64,000 nt of DNA, taken from assembly GCA_963826065.1 (NCBI GenBank), contig CAWGVP010000002.1:1139361-1203360 (forward strand), read 5' to 3'. Each line of letters opens with the position of its first letter. Position 1 is the first letter of the stretch. This DNA comes from an uncultured Gemmatimonadales bacterium. GTDB lineage: Bacteria; Gemmatimonadota; Gemmatimonadetes; Gemmatimonadales; GWC2-71-9. The notes beneath the pieces were generated by a model. That model was not told the origin of the DNA. It saw only the letters and a list, made by a program, of their open reading frames with translations, and did no database searches. Positions 26,539 to 36,516 of the stretch are shown here, piece by piece. The position numbers were made by a program, and so were the translations under genes.

Positions 26539-29145
26539 TTACTCCGTCTCGCGCGACTCCTCCTCGATATCATCCAGCGCTTCCACCGCCGCCTTCAGAT
26601 CCGCGGCCAGCGAGCGCTCCCGGCGCAGCGACGCGATCAGCGCCTCGGCCTGCTTCATCTGGAGACCCAGCGCGCCGGCCGACTCCATCGCGTGATCCAC
26701 GACCGTCTTCTGCGCCTGCAGCCCCTCGACCGTGGTGCGGATGCCGAGGGCCAGCGCCTCCGCCCGGGCAAGCCGCTGCTCGGCCCGATCGAGGGCCCGC
26801 TTCCGGGCCTCGAAGTCGCGCAGCGACTGCTCGGTGACCTGGAACCGGCTCTGGGTGTCCTCCAGCAGGGCGCGGGTCTCGTCGATTTCCCGGCGTGAGG
26901 AGCCGATGGTCTGGACATTGTCCACCGCGCGCTGGGCGAGCTCGAACACGTTCTTGACCTCGGACTCCAGCGCTTCGACCGCGCCCTGCCGGGCCAGGGT
27001 CTGCTCCAGGCCCTTGGCCGCCTCGGACTGGGCCGACTCCCACCGGCCGAGCAGCTCCTCGAACTGGGCGAGCTGCCGCTCGACCGGCTTGAGGGCGGCG
27101 GCCCGGCTCTCGAGATCGCTCGAGATGCTCTTCAGGGAGCCGGAGCGCTCCTCCGCCTTCGTCAGCATCGAGCCGACGGTGCGGGACACTTCCTCCAGCC
27201 GCTGGGCCGTCTCCGCCGCTTCCTGCCGCAGGGCGGAGGCGCGGGTGAGATGCTCCGTGGCCTTGTCCAGCGCACCCTGGCGCTGGTCGAGCTCCTGGCC
27301 CAGGAGACGAATCCGGTCCTGCAGCTCGTCGAGCTGCTGGGTGCGGCCCTCCAGCGCGCGCACCGACTCGTCCACCGTGGACGTCCGCTTCTCGGCCTCG
27401 GACACGGACTCGGTGACCGCAGCCATGGTGTCGGCGACCAGCTGCGCCTCTTCGGCCTGTCTGGCCAGCTGTCCGAACCGCGACTCGGCCGACTCCATCC
27501 GGCCGCGCAACGAGTCGGCCCGTTCCTTCAGTTCCGCGCTAGTGGCGGTGAGGTCGCCGAGACGCCGCTGCACGTCGTCCAGCGCCTCGCGCCGGGCGTC
27601 GATCTCGCCCATGGCGGCCTTCACCTGCTCGACCTCGTCGCGAATCCGCTCTACCGCGGGCTCCATCCCGCTCAACTCCTTCACCTGCCCCTGCACCTTC
27701 TTGGTCCAGGTGTCGGTGTTGGCGAGCCAGGTCTCCACCTCGCCGTGGCTCTCGCGGAGTCGGGTCATCTCCTCGTAGGCGACCCGCATCTGCTCCAGCC
27801 CGTCGGCCATCAGCTCGCGGGTGCCCTTGAGGGAGCCGAGGTCCTTCACCGCGGCCTCGATGCCGGGGCGCAGCTCCTCGATCCGCTGCATCCGGCCCGC
27901 GACCTCACCCGCCACACCGTCGAGGCGGCCGACCTCCTGCCGCAGCGACGAGATCCGCTTCTCCTCCTCCAGCAGACGCGCCAGCTCGGCCGACAGTTCG
28001 GCGGCCTCCTCTCCGGCACTCCGCACCTGGGCCTGCACCGCCGCGGTGCCCTGGCTCGCGGCGTCCAGCACCGCGAAGCGGCTCTCGCATTCCTTCACCG
28101 CGTTGCGGAGATCGGCGACCCGCTCGCTGACCGCGTGCAGCCCCCGGTTCTCCAGCTCGAAGCTCTCGCTGCTCTTCCGCATCTGCTCCCGGAGATCGTT
28201 GAGCGCCTGGCGGGCCGACTGCTGCGCCTCCTCGGTCTGCGTCGCCATGGACTGCAGCTCTTCGGAGCGCGACATCACCTTGGCCTGCACCGCGGCGACT
28301 TCGGCGATCTTGGCCTCGATCGCGCCGAAGCGGCGGATCTGCTCCTCCTGGCGGCGGAGCCACGCGTCCAGCTCGCGGTCGAGCCGGGTGAGCTGGGAGA
28401 TCTGGGTGGCGGCGCGGTCCACGGCCTCGCGCTGCTGCTCCAGCGCCGCCGACTTCTGCCCCACCTGGTCCGCGAGCGCCTTGAGCACGGCGAGCCGGTG
28501 CTGCACGTCGGGCACGGCGGAGACGGCCTGACCGACCGGCTCCAGCGCGCGTTCCACCGCCTGGACCCGGCGCGCGACTTCGTCCAGCCGGCTGGTGGCG
28601 GCCTGCGCCTCCTGATCGAACGCCTCGAGCCGGGAGGTGCTGTGCCGGTGGGCGCGGAGGGCGTCGTCGGCCTGGGTGCGCATCCGGGTGACGTCCTCGC
28701 CCATCTCGTCGAGCTGCTTGCGCAGGCTCTCCGCGTCGCCGCGAACGGCTCCGATCGGCCCCTCGAGACTCAAGAACCCCTCGATCTGCTGCCGCAGCTT
28801 CAGCGCGGCGTCGATCTTGTCGCCGAATTCGCCCATGCGCTCCTTCAGGAGGTCGAGCTCGGTGGTGGTCTGGGCCACCCGCTCGAGCTGTGCCTCCGCG
28901 CCCGCCAGCTTGGTGGTCGTGCCTTCCATGTCGGCCACCTGCCGCTCGACCTCTTCACACCGCATGCGCAGCGTGTTCAGGTCCTCGGACCGTTCCAGCA
29001 CCGGCGTCAGCGCCCGAAGCTGCTCGACGACGCTTTCGGCTCTGGCGACGAGGGTCTCGAGCGCGAGCGTGATGTTCGCTCCGCTCGAATCGACGGCGAC
29101 GACGGCGTCGTCCGTTTTGCGGCGGCCTTTGAGGAAGGAGACCAT
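26539..29145 (-). CDS. Very long coiled-coil protein (868 aa), no TM segment or signal peptide, no family recognised
   Basis: Start moved to ATG 29145 (MVSFLKGRRK). Ala/Glu/Arg/Leu/Gln-rich helical sequence almost end to end, acidic C-terminus. Confidence 0.75.
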   Translation of the reverse strand: MVSFLKGRRKTDDAVVAVDSSGANITLALETLVARAESVVEQLRALTPVLERSEDLNTLRMRCEEVERQVADMEGTTTKLAGAEAQLERVAQTTTELDLLKERMGEFGDKIDAALKLRQQIEGFLSLEGPIGAVRGDAESLRKQLDEMGEDVTRMRTQADDALRAHRHSTSRLEAFDQEAQAATSRLDEVARRVQAVERALEPVGQAVSAVPDVQHRLAVLKALADQVGQKSAALEQQREAVDRAATQISQLTRLDRELDAWLRRQEEQIRRFGAIEAKIAEVAAVQAKVMSRSEELQSMATQTEEAQQSARQALNDLREQMRKSSESFELENRGLHAVSERVADLRNAVKECESRFAVLDAASQGTAAVQAQVRSAGEEAAELSAELARLLEEEKRISSLRQEVGRLDGVAGEVAGRMQRIEELRPGIEAAVKDLGSLKGTRELMADGLEQMRVAYEEMTRLRESHGEVETWLANTDTWTKKVQGQVKELSGMEPAVERIRDEVEQVKAAMGEIDARREALDDVQRRLGDLTATSAELKERADSLRGRMESAESRFGQLARQAEEAQLVADTMAAVTESVSEAEKRTSTVDESVRALEGRTQQLDELQDRIRLLGQELDQRQGALDKATEHLTRASALRQEAAETAQRLEEVSRTVGSMLTKAEERSGSLKSISSDLESRAAALKPVERQLAQFEELLGRWESAQSEAAKGLEQTLARQGAVEALESEVKNVFELAQRAVDNVQTIGSSRREIDETRALLEDTQSRFQVTEQSLRDFEARKRALDRAEQRLARAEALALGIRTTVEGLQAQKTVVDHAMESAGALGLQMKQAEALIASLRRERSLAADLKAAVEALDDIEEESRETE

Positions 29146-29360
29146 GGTTGTTGCTCCGAGGGGTGCACTGTGGCGATGGACGCGATACGAGCGAGGGGAC
29201 CGTGCAGGTATGTGCAACGGATATGCCTGCGAACCGGATCGCTCGGGCGACCTGAGAGTCTCGATGATGCGGGAGGGCGCAAATCGCTGCCGCGGAGCGA
29301 GATCGCCTGCCTCGGCTCGACGGGGAGATGGGCGGCGGGCGCGGCGCCGTTAGAGGCGGG

Positions 29361-29395
29361 GTGGCGACCTGCCCATGACTTTGGCAGGTCGCCAC
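29361..29395. promoter_or_regulatory. Perfect 13-bp stem hairpin/palindrome (GTGGCGACCTGCC-N9-GGCAGGTCGCCAC) in a divergent intergenic region
   Basis: Read directly from the sequence. It lies between the coiled-coil gene start (29145, minus) and the glyoxal-oxidase-like start (29519, plus). Confidence 0.3.
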
Positions 29396-29518
29396 GATCG
29401 GCGCTGCTTTCGTGGGCCGGCCGGGCACCACTTGAAATCCGCTTGACCAGGGTCGGGTAGTGTGCTCTCGAACGCCGCACTGTGGCGGCGCCGGTTCCCA
29501 TGAGCGAGCTGGATTCAA

Positions 29519-31282
29519 ATGCGATCACGCACCCTGTTCTCACCTGCCCTGCCCCGGATGGCGTCGACACGCCACCTGCTGGGTGGTTTCGTCCTCCTGG
29601 TGAGTCTCGGCTGCTCGGACGATCGATCGACCGCCGGCCCTCGGGTGGATGACCCTCTGCCTGCCGACGTCGAAGTCGGTGCGGACGCTCCCGTCGATCT
29701 CTCCTACGTCTGTGGGAATCGCTTCCTGGTATCGAACGCCCACAGCGTGCCGATCCGGGTGACGTACCGGGTGGCAGGGAGCAGCGAGGACGGGACGGTG
29801 GAGGTGCCCGCCGCACCCTCAGAGGATCCGGCGGTCAGCGAGCAGATGATCGAAACCCGCACCAAGGGGACGGTACAGATCCTCCTCGATGGAAAGCCGC
29901 TCGTCGCCCGGGCGAACGGTGGGGTGCCGTGCACGCCGGCGCCGCCGCCATCCGCGCTCCTCATGGCTGCCGGGACGGATGCCGGCCAGTGGTCCGCGCC
30001 GTTCAACTGGCCGATCGTGGCCGTGCACATGATGCTCCTCCCCGGCGGGCGGGTCCTCTCCATCGGGCGCACGGGGGCGCCGCGGGTCTGGAACCCCACC
30101 ACGGGTGCCTTCGCGTCGGTGCCCAGCCCCGCCCTGCTCTTCTGCGCCGGGCACGCGCTGCTCTCCGACGGGCGGGTGCTCCTCGCCGGCGGGCACATCA
30201 GCGCGGACCACGGACTCCCCAACATCACGTTCTTTTCGGGCACCAGCGGCTGGACCTCCGGCACGCCGATGGCGCGCGGCCGCTGGTATCCGACGGCCAC
30301 GACGATGGGCACCGGCGAGGTCGTGATCACGGCCGGCCGGGACGAGGCCGGCGTCGTGGTCACTGTCCCGGAGGTATGGCGCAACGGATCGCTTCGGCGA
30401 CTGACCGGGGCGGCGCAGGCGCTCCCGTACTACCCGCGCGCCTTCCTGACCCCCAATGGCTCGCTCTACGTGACTGGGCCGACCCGGAACACCAGGTTCC
30501 TTTCAACTTCGGGCTCGGGGTCGTGGAAGAAAGGCCCGGCGCGGCTGTTCGGGAGCCGCGAGTCCGGATCGGCGGTGATGTATGACGACGGCAAGATCCT
30601 GTATGCGGGCGGCGGCCGGACGACCAACACCGCCGAGGTGATCGATCTGAACCGGTCGGCCCCGGTGTGGCGCTGGACGGGCTCGATGGCATTTGCGCGC
30701 CGGCACCTGAACCTCACGGCGCTCCCCACCGGCGAGGTGGTAGCGACCGGCGGGGTGGCCGGCACGGGAGCCAACGATCTGAGTACCGCGGTTCACGCGG
30801 CGGAGATTTGGAGCCCCACGACCGGACAGTGGACCACCCTGGCGAGTAACGCCATCCCGCGGGGCTATCACTCCACCTCCCTGCTCCTGCCCGACGGCAG
30901 GGTGCTGCACGCCGGCAGCGGCGGCGCGGCCGGCGCGGTGAACCAGTTGAATGCGGAGCTCTTCTCGCCGCCCTACCTCTTTCGGGGGCCGCGGCCGGTG
31001 ATCACGAGCGCGCCTTCGGCGGTGCGGTACGGCAGTCAGTTCCGGATTCTGACACCGCAGGCGTCGGCCATCACCCGGGTGAGCCTCATCAGGCTCGGAG
31101 CGGTAACGCACGCCTTCGACGAGAACCAGCGCTTCAGGTGGCTGTCGTTCACCAGGAACGCGACCGGACTCACCGTGACGGCGCCGAACTCGAGGAACCG
31201 GACACCGCCCGGTCACTACATGATGTTCATCCTGAACGGGACCGACGTGCCGTCGGTCGCCAAGATCGTGAGGATCTACTGA
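29519..31282 (+). CDS. Glyoxal/galactose-oxidase-like kelch-repeat protein with a C-terminal DUF1929 Ig-like domain, lipoprotein
   Basis: LLVSLGCSDD lipobox. GYHSTSLLLPDGRVLHAGSG, ELFSPPYLF, RVSLIRLGAVTHAFDENQRF and PPGHYMMFILN. Alternative start at ATG 29558. Confidence 0.85.
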   Translation: MRSRTLFSPALPRMASTRHLLGGFVLLVSLGCSDDRSTAGPRVDDPLPADVEVGADAPVDLSYVCGNRFLVSNAHSVPIRVTYRVAGSSEDGTVEVPAAPSEDPAVSEQMIETRTKGTVQILLDGKPLVARANGGVPCTPAPPPSALLMAAGTDAGQWSAPFNWPIVAVHMMLLPGGRVLSIGRTGAPRVWNPTTGAFASVPSPALLFCAGHALLSDGRVLLAGGHISADHGLPNITFFSGTSGWTSGTPMARGRWYPTATTMGTGEVVITAGRDEAGVVVTVPEVWRNGSLRRLTGAAQALPYYPRAFLTPNGSLYVTGPTRNTRFLSTSGSGSWKKGPARLFGSRESGSAVMYDDGKILYAGGGRTTNTAEVIDLNRSAPVWRWTGSMAFARRHLNLTALPTGEVVATGGVAGTGANDLSTAVHAAEIWSPTTGQWTTLASNAIPRGYHSTSLLLPDGRVLHAGSGGAAGAVNQLNAELFSPPYLFRGPRPVITSAPSAVRYGSQFRILTPQASAITRVSLIRLGAVTHAFDENQRFRWLSFTRNATGLTVTAPNSRNRTPPGHYMMFILNGTDVPSVAKIVRIY

Positions 31283-31289
31283 AGGGTTC

Positions 31290-33935
31290 CTATGCGTCCG
31301 CTCGCATAGCGATCATGGGATCAACGCCTGTGGCGCGGCGCGCCGCAAGATACGTAGCCAAGAACGCCACGCTCGCCAGGACCGCCGAGACGGCGACATA
31401 GGACAGCTGGTCCACGGGCGCGACCCCGAACAGCAGCGCGGACATGACGCGGGTGAGCACGAGTGCCGCACCGATCCCGAGTGCGATGCCGGTGGCGGTC
31501 AGCTGGAGCCCGTGACGCAGGAACATGTTCCGCACGTCCGCGATCTGCGCACCCAGGGCCATACGGAGGCCGATCTCGCGGGTCCGCTGGGTCGCCGTAT
31601 AGGCGATCGCCCCGTAGACCCCCACGATGCCGAGCAACAGAGCGACGCTCGCGGCGATGGCCAACATCACCATGGCGAAGGAGGTCTGGGCCATGGAGCG
31701 CGCCTGGATCTCGTCGAGCGTCTCTGCCCCCGCGAGCGGCACGGCGGGATTGACCGACCAGACGGCCTGCCGGAGCTCCGGGAGGAATCCCGGTGCTCCC
31801 ACCCGATCCGATCGCACGGCGTAGGCCATCGTCCGCCTCTCGTAGCTGTCGTTCAGCATCGGCCAGTACACGATCGCGGTGGGTGGGTGATTCAGCCCGT
31901 CGTCCCGCTCTTCGCCCGCCACGCCCACGATCTCATACCATTGATCACCCCCCGGGCCACGCACCCGCTTGCCCAATGCCCTCCCGGGATCGTTCCAGTA
32001 CTCCCGCGCGAGGACCTCGGACACGACCACGACGGGCCGGCGCTCGTGGATCTCGGTCCACGTGATGGAACGACCCGCAACCACAGGGTTGCCCATCGCC
32101 TCGAAGTACCCTGGCGCCAGGCTCTTGAAGCGCCGGAGCGGTGGGACGGCGCCCTCCGCCACGGGGAAGTCCTCCACGTGGAGAGGATTGCCGTTGTCTT
32201 CCCCGTCCATCGTGATGGACGAGGAGATCCCTACGGATACGACCCCCGGCACCTGGGCCAGCCGCTCCGCGATATTCTCGTACGTGCGAGCCGTCTGCTC
32301 GCGACCGGAGACGAGAGTCTCCGATATCGCGAGCCGGAACGTCTGCACTTGCTCCGGGCGGACGAAGCCAGGGTGGACCCGACGCATGGCGAGGAAGGTC
32401 CGGATCATCAACGCGGAGGCGATCATCAGCATCAGCGCCAGTGCGACCTGTGACACGACCAGGGCGTTGCGCGTGCGGTGCCGCCCTGGGGCGGCGCTCG
32501 CCGAGCGGCCTCCTTCCTTGAGTGCGGTGACGCTCGGGCTCCCGAATCTCAGAACGGCGAACAGACCGAAAAGAGCGCCGCTCAGCACCGAGATGGACAG
32601 CGCGAAGAGCAACACGGTCGGATCGACCCCGATCTCCTCGACCCGCGGGAGATCCGCAGGAGCGATCCATCGCAGCACGCCGAGGGCCCCGTGTGCCAGC
32701 ACCAGCCCGAGTGCGCCGCCCCCGATGGCCAGCAAGACGCTCTCGGACAGGAGGACACGCGCGATCCGGCCGCGACTCGCCCCCAGAGCGGTACGCATCG
32801 CGAGTTCCTGCTGGCGCGCTTCCACCCGGATGAGGAAAAGGTTCGCCACGTTGCCGCAGGCGATCAGCAGCACGACGCCGACGGCAGCCAGGAGAATCCA
32901 CAGCACGCGCCCGATGTCCCCCGTCACGTCGTCGGCCAGCGGTCGCACGTATGGTTGCAGCTGCAGGACCTCGAACACCGGTGGGAGCAGCGAGATCATG
33001 CGTGCCACGTCGCTGTTCGCCTGGGGGAGGGTGACGCCCGGCTTCAAGCGCGCCAGCACCTGAAAGTCGAACTCGACATCGTTCGCTTCGGCACGATTCA
33101 GCCCCATGGGGAGCAACACGGCGGGATCGCTGTCGAGGAACCGGAACGACGAGGGCAACACGCCGATGATCTCGGCGCCCACGCCATCCACCTCGAGTGC
33201 TTGCCCCACGACATCCTCGGCGCCCCCGAACCGGCTGAGCCAGTAGTCATTGGTCAGGACTACCCGCGGCGGACCGCCGGGCGCGTCCTCCTGCGCACTG
33301 AAGAGCCGGCCTAACACAGGCTGCACCCGCAGGAGCGGCAGGGTGGTATGGCTCACGGTGAGCACCTCGACCTGCTCCGGATCACCTCGCCCCGTGATCG
33401 AGGCCTCGTCCAGCTCCCAGGCACCGATCGCGTCGAACGCCCGCTGGTTATCGAGATACGTGAAGTAGGTCGCGGGGCCCTGGTTCACCTCGTCGAGGTT
33501 GACCGCAGGCGCGCGGTGCAGCAGGCTCACCAGCCGCTCGGGCTCCGCGAACGGAAGGGGCTTCAACAAGACGCCGTAGACCACACTGAAGACCGCCGTG
33601 CTGGCGCCGATGCCGAGCCCAAGCGTCAAGACGGTGGCGGCCGCGAAGCCGGTGTGCTTGAGGCACATGCGCGCCGCGAAGCGAAGATCGGCCAGCAGTT
33701 CCTCCAGCATTCGCACGCCTCTCGCATCACGCCCCTCTTCCCGCACGCGCTCCATGCCTCCGAAGGCGAGCATCGCTTGGCGTCGCGCCTCTTGCGGGGA
33801 GAGTCCGCGAGTACGGGCCAGCTCCTCGGCCTCCATCTCGATGTGGAAGCGCAACTCCTCGTCCATTTCTCGATCCAGCTCCCCCTTGCGCAGGAGAGCG
33901 CTGAGACGGCGCCGCAGACGGTTGAGCCAGGCCAT
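31290..33935 (-). CDS. ADOP-family duplicated FtsX/MacB-like permease
   Basis: N-terminus [39 protein letters not shown]. Two MacB_PCD plus FtsX modules. 881 aa. Confidence 0.9.
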   Translation of the reverse strand: MAWLNRLRRRLSALLRKGELDREMDEELRFHIEMEAEELARTRGLSPQEARRQAMLAFGGMERVREEGRDARGVRMLEELLADLRFAARMCLKHTGFAAATVLTLGLGIGASTAVFSVVYGVLLKPLPFAEPERLVSLLHRAPAVNLDEVNQGPATYFTYLDNQRAFDAIGAWELDEASITGRGDPEQVEVLTVSHTTLPLLRVQPVLGRLFSAQEDAPGGPPRVVLTNDYWLSRFGGAEDVVGQALEVDGVGAEIIGVLPSSFRFLDSDPAVLLPMGLNRAEANDVEFDFQVLARLKPGVTLPQANSDVARMISLLPPVFEVLQLQPYVRPLADDVTGDIGRVLWILLAAVGVVLLIACGNVANLFLIRVEARQQELAMRTALGASRGRIARVLLSESVLLAIGGGALGLVLAHGALGVLRWIAPADLPRVEEIGVDPTVLLFALSISVLSGALFGLFAVLRFGSPSVTALKEGGRSASAAPGRHRTRNALVVSQVALALMLMIASALMIRTFLAMRRVHPGFVRPEQVQTFRLAISETLVSGREQTARTYENIAERLAQVPGVVSVGISSSITMDGEDNGNPLHVEDFPVAEGAVPPLRRFKSLAPGYFEAMGNPVVAGRSITWTEIHERRPVVVVSEVLAREYWNDPGRALGKRVRGPGGDQWYEIVGVAGEERDDGLNHPPTAIVYWPMLNDSYERRTMAYAVRSDRVGAPGFLPELRQAVWSVNPAVPLAGAETLDEIQARSMAQTSFAMVMLAIAASVALLLGIVGVYGAIAYTATQRTREIGLRMALGAQIADVRNMFLRHGLQLTATGIALGIGAALVLTRVMSALLFGVAPVDQLSYVAVSAVLASVAFLATYLAARRATGVDPMIAMRADA

Positions 33936-33948
33936 CGGCTTCCCTCGT

Positions 33949-34278
33949 TCAGGTGGCTTGAAGGACCTGCTCGACGGCCCCCGAGAAGAGCTTCCAGTTC
34001 GCTCGCTCCTCGGCGAACTGGCGGCGTCCCTTGGGCGTCAGGGTGTAGAACTTGGCCCGTCTCCCTTCGGGGCTGGTGCCCCACTCGGCCCTGATCCAGC
34101 CCCGGTCCTCGAGCCGGTACAGTGCCGGATAGAGAGAGCCCTGGCCGATCTCGAGGACGTCCTTCGACAGCTGACGGATCCGCTTCGAGATGCCCCACCC
34201 GTGGAGAGGCTGGAGCAGGAGGGTCTTCAGGATGAGGAGATCGAGCGAGCCCTGCAGGAGATCGGCCTTGTCGCCCAT
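33949..34278 (-). CDS. PadR-family transcriptional regulator
   Basis: [47 protein letters not shown] winged-helix signature. Lies 13 nt upstream of the ADOP permease. Confidence 0.92.
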   Translation of the reverse strand: MGDKADLLQGSLDLLILKTLLLQPLHGWGISKRIRQLSKDVLEIGQGSLYPALYRLEDRGWIRAEWGTSPEGRRAKFYTLTPKGRRQFAEERANWKLFSGAVEQVLQAT

Positions 34279-34303
34279 GATGTCACCGCCGGAGACTGGA
34301 ATA

Positions 34304-34351
34304 CCTTGACATTCGACAACAGTATGACGGCACTGTTGTCGGATGTCAAGG
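34304..34351. promoter_or_regulatory. 20-bp-arm palindrome (1 mismatch, 8-nt spacer) containing the probable padR promoter; also a hairpin 18 nt after the BamA-like gene stop
   Basis: CCTTGACATTCGACAACAGT-ATGACGGC-ACTGTTGTCGGATGTCAAGG. On the minus strand it reads TTGACA-N17-CATACT, about 40 nt upstream of the padR ATG. Confidence 0.6.
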
Positions 34352-34368
34352 TATGTACAGTCCAGGCC

Positions 34369-36516
34369 CTAGAAGGTGGCCCCGATGGCGAAGTGGAGCT
34401 GGAACCGCCGCCGGGATTCGGTGGGCACACTGCCGAGGGAGCGACCCTCCTCCAACGCCTGAAGCACTTCATCGGGATCGCGCTGGTCGAGGGCGGATGG
34501 GTTCAGCTTGTACCCCAGCGACACCTGCACCGCGCCCACCACGGTCTCGTAGCCGATGCCCACTCCGGTCCCCAGGAAGTACCGGTCCTGATCCAGCTCC
34601 CCCGCGTCCAGCGAGAACCGGTCGTCCGGGGCCCAGACCCGGGCGCCGTCGAGAAATAGGAAGCTCTGCCACTTCGCGTCGAAGCCCGGGAGGGGTAGCT
34701 GGAGCTCCACGCTCGTCTGGATCCGGGCAAGCCCGCCGATCGGTGAGTAGCGCTCGGCGAACGGGGTGGTGACTCCGTCCTCCTCGCGGAAGCGGACCTC
34801 CGGGAGCTTGGGCCCGACCAGCTGGCTGCCCCAGCCGCGGACGTCACGGGTTCCGCCGGCGCTGAACGACACGTCCCGGAGACGGAGCAGCGAGACGAAG
34901 GGGGACTCGCTGCCGGTCGCGCGTATGCTCCGGCCGAAGGGGAAGATTCGGCCCGCCGTTCCGCGCGCGGCGAACCCGATGCGGTCGGTGACCGGAAGGA
35001 AGGCGGTCGCGCCCAGATCGAGCAGCACGTACTCGCTGGTGTTGAATCCCGGCAGGGTGACCGACACTCGGGGACGCAGCACATACCCCTTGCGCGGATT
35101 GGCGAACTGGTCGAGCACACCCCAGCTTCCGTCGAGCGTCAGCGCGCTCCGGTTGACGATGGTCCCGAGCGAACCGACGTTCGCGGAGTCCTCCAGGCCA
35201 AGGAGGGGCAGGTATTCGATGGGCTGGAGATCGTCGCCGAAGCCGAAATCGAGGATCTCCCGATGGGAGAGCGTGTAACCCAGTGAGATCGAGCGGAGCG
35301 GGCTGGTGGCGTAGACCAGCGTGCCCTCGAATCCCACCGCCTGGGACCGGTCCCGCAGGTCGTCGCGGTACTCCACGAAAGGACCGCCGGCCGCCGAGAG
35401 ATGCCGCGTGCCCACGTACGGCTGGAACACCGACACCGCCAGGCGGTAGCGCCGCTCGGCCGGTGTCTCCAGCGCCACCAGGCCGGTCTGGGCGGTGGTG
35501 GAGACTGTGAAGGTGCGCGCGCCGCCGAGGAAACTCCGGTGGCTCCACTCCACCTGGCTGGTGAGCCCGCCACTGGAGGCGAGACCCGCCTCGCCGCGAA
35601 TCAGCCGGGGCGGGTTTTCCGCCACGCCCACACGGACGACTACGCTGGAGTCGTCCGCGCTTTCGCGCGCGACGTCGATCAGCGCCAGGCGGACGATGGC
35701 GAGCTGGGTCAGCTCCACCCGACCCTGCTCCAACTCGGCCGCGTTGTACCAGTCCCCCGGCTCCAGTGGGAGCTGACGGGTGAAGTCACTCGCCGGCACG
35801 GTCTCGTTGCCGCGCACCGCGAACTCACGGATGCGTGCGCGGAGACCGGGCTTCACCCGCACCATCACGTCCGCCCGGAAGGCCGCGGTGTCCACCAGTA
35901 CGTCCGCCTCCGCCGCCCCGAACGGGTAGCCGCGGTCCCGGAGCCAGCGTGAAGTGCGGTCCGCCAGGCCGCGTCGCTCGCCCTCGCCGAAGCGACCTTG
36001 GTTTTCCTGCTCCAGGCGCACGAACTCCTGCCATTCGTCCCCCAGCTCGGGCGCGACCGTCGGAGGGCCGCTGTCGGCACCCACGAATCGAACCGTGCGG
36101 AGCTGGAGCGGCGGCCCCTCCTCGATCACGAAGGTGACGTCCACCAAGTCGTCCTCGGCGTCGTACCGAACGTCGTAGTCGATGTCCGCGTCGAGGTAAC
36201 CGAAACGGATATAGATGTTCCGGAGCCGGGCCACGTCCCGCTGGAGCTCGATCGGTCGGAAGGGATGCCGGCCCACCTCGGGGATGAACGGCACGAAGCT
36301 GAGGGCCCGGCGGATACCGACCATTCCGCCCCGCGCGGTGAGCGCGATGCGGGAGCGAAGCTCCTTCTCCTGGAGTACGTGCTCGCCGGTGAACCGGAAC
36401 TCGATCTTGCGGACTTCGGTGGCGGGTCCCACCCCGCTCAAGGCGTCCTGCGCCGCCAGGGGCACCGAGAGCACGAGCCCGAAAAATGCCGCGGCCCGGA
36501 GCGGCTCAGAACGCAT
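34369..36516 (-). CDS. BamA/TamA-family outer-membrane protein (POTRA domains plus Omp85 barrel)
   Basis: Start moved to ATG 36516 (MRSEPLRAAAFFGLVLSVPLAAQ). POTRA-like repeats. Barrel ends ..FQLHFAIGATF. Overlaps the tamB-like stop by 11 nt. Confidence 0.88.
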   Translation of the reverse strand: MRSEPLRAAAFFGLVLSVPLAAQDALSGVGPATEVRKIEFRFTGEHVLQEKELRSRIALTARGGMVGIRRALSFVPFIPEVGRHPFRPIELQRDVARLRNIYIRFGYLDADIDYDVRYDAEDDLVDVTFVIEEGPPLQLRTVRFVGADSGPPTVAPELGDEWQEFVRLEQENQGRFGEGERRGLADRTSRWLRDRGYPFGAAEADVLVDTAAFRADVMVRVKPGLRARIREFAVRGNETVPASDFTRQLPLEPGDWYNAAELEQGRVELTQLAIVRLALIDVARESADDSSVVVRVGVAENPPRLIRGEAGLASSGGLTSQVEWSHRSFLGGARTFTVSTTAQTGLVALETPAERRYRLAVSVFQPYVGTRHLSAAGGPFVEYRDDLRDRSQAVGFEGTLVYATSPLRSISLGYTLSHREILDFGFGDDLQPIEYLPLLGLEDSANVGSLGTIVNRSALTLDGSWGVLDQFANPRKGYVLRPRVSVTLPGFNTSEYVLLDLGATAFLPVTDRIGFAARGTAGRIFPFGRSIRATGSESPFVSLLRLRDVSFSAGGTRDVRGWGSQLVGPKLPEVRFREEDGVTTPFAERYSPIGGLARIQTSVELQLPLPGFDAKWQSFLFLDGARVWAPDDRFSLDAGELDQDRYFLGTGVGIGYETVVGAVQVSLGYKLNPSALDQRDPDEVLQALEEGRSLGSVPTESRRRFQLHFAIGATF

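Noticed and set aside
36506-36509. CTGA at the tamB / BamA-like junction as another CTG start
   Set aside because: The CTG is out of frame with the BamA-like ORF. That ORF has a good in-frame ATG at 36516 followed by a signal peptide.
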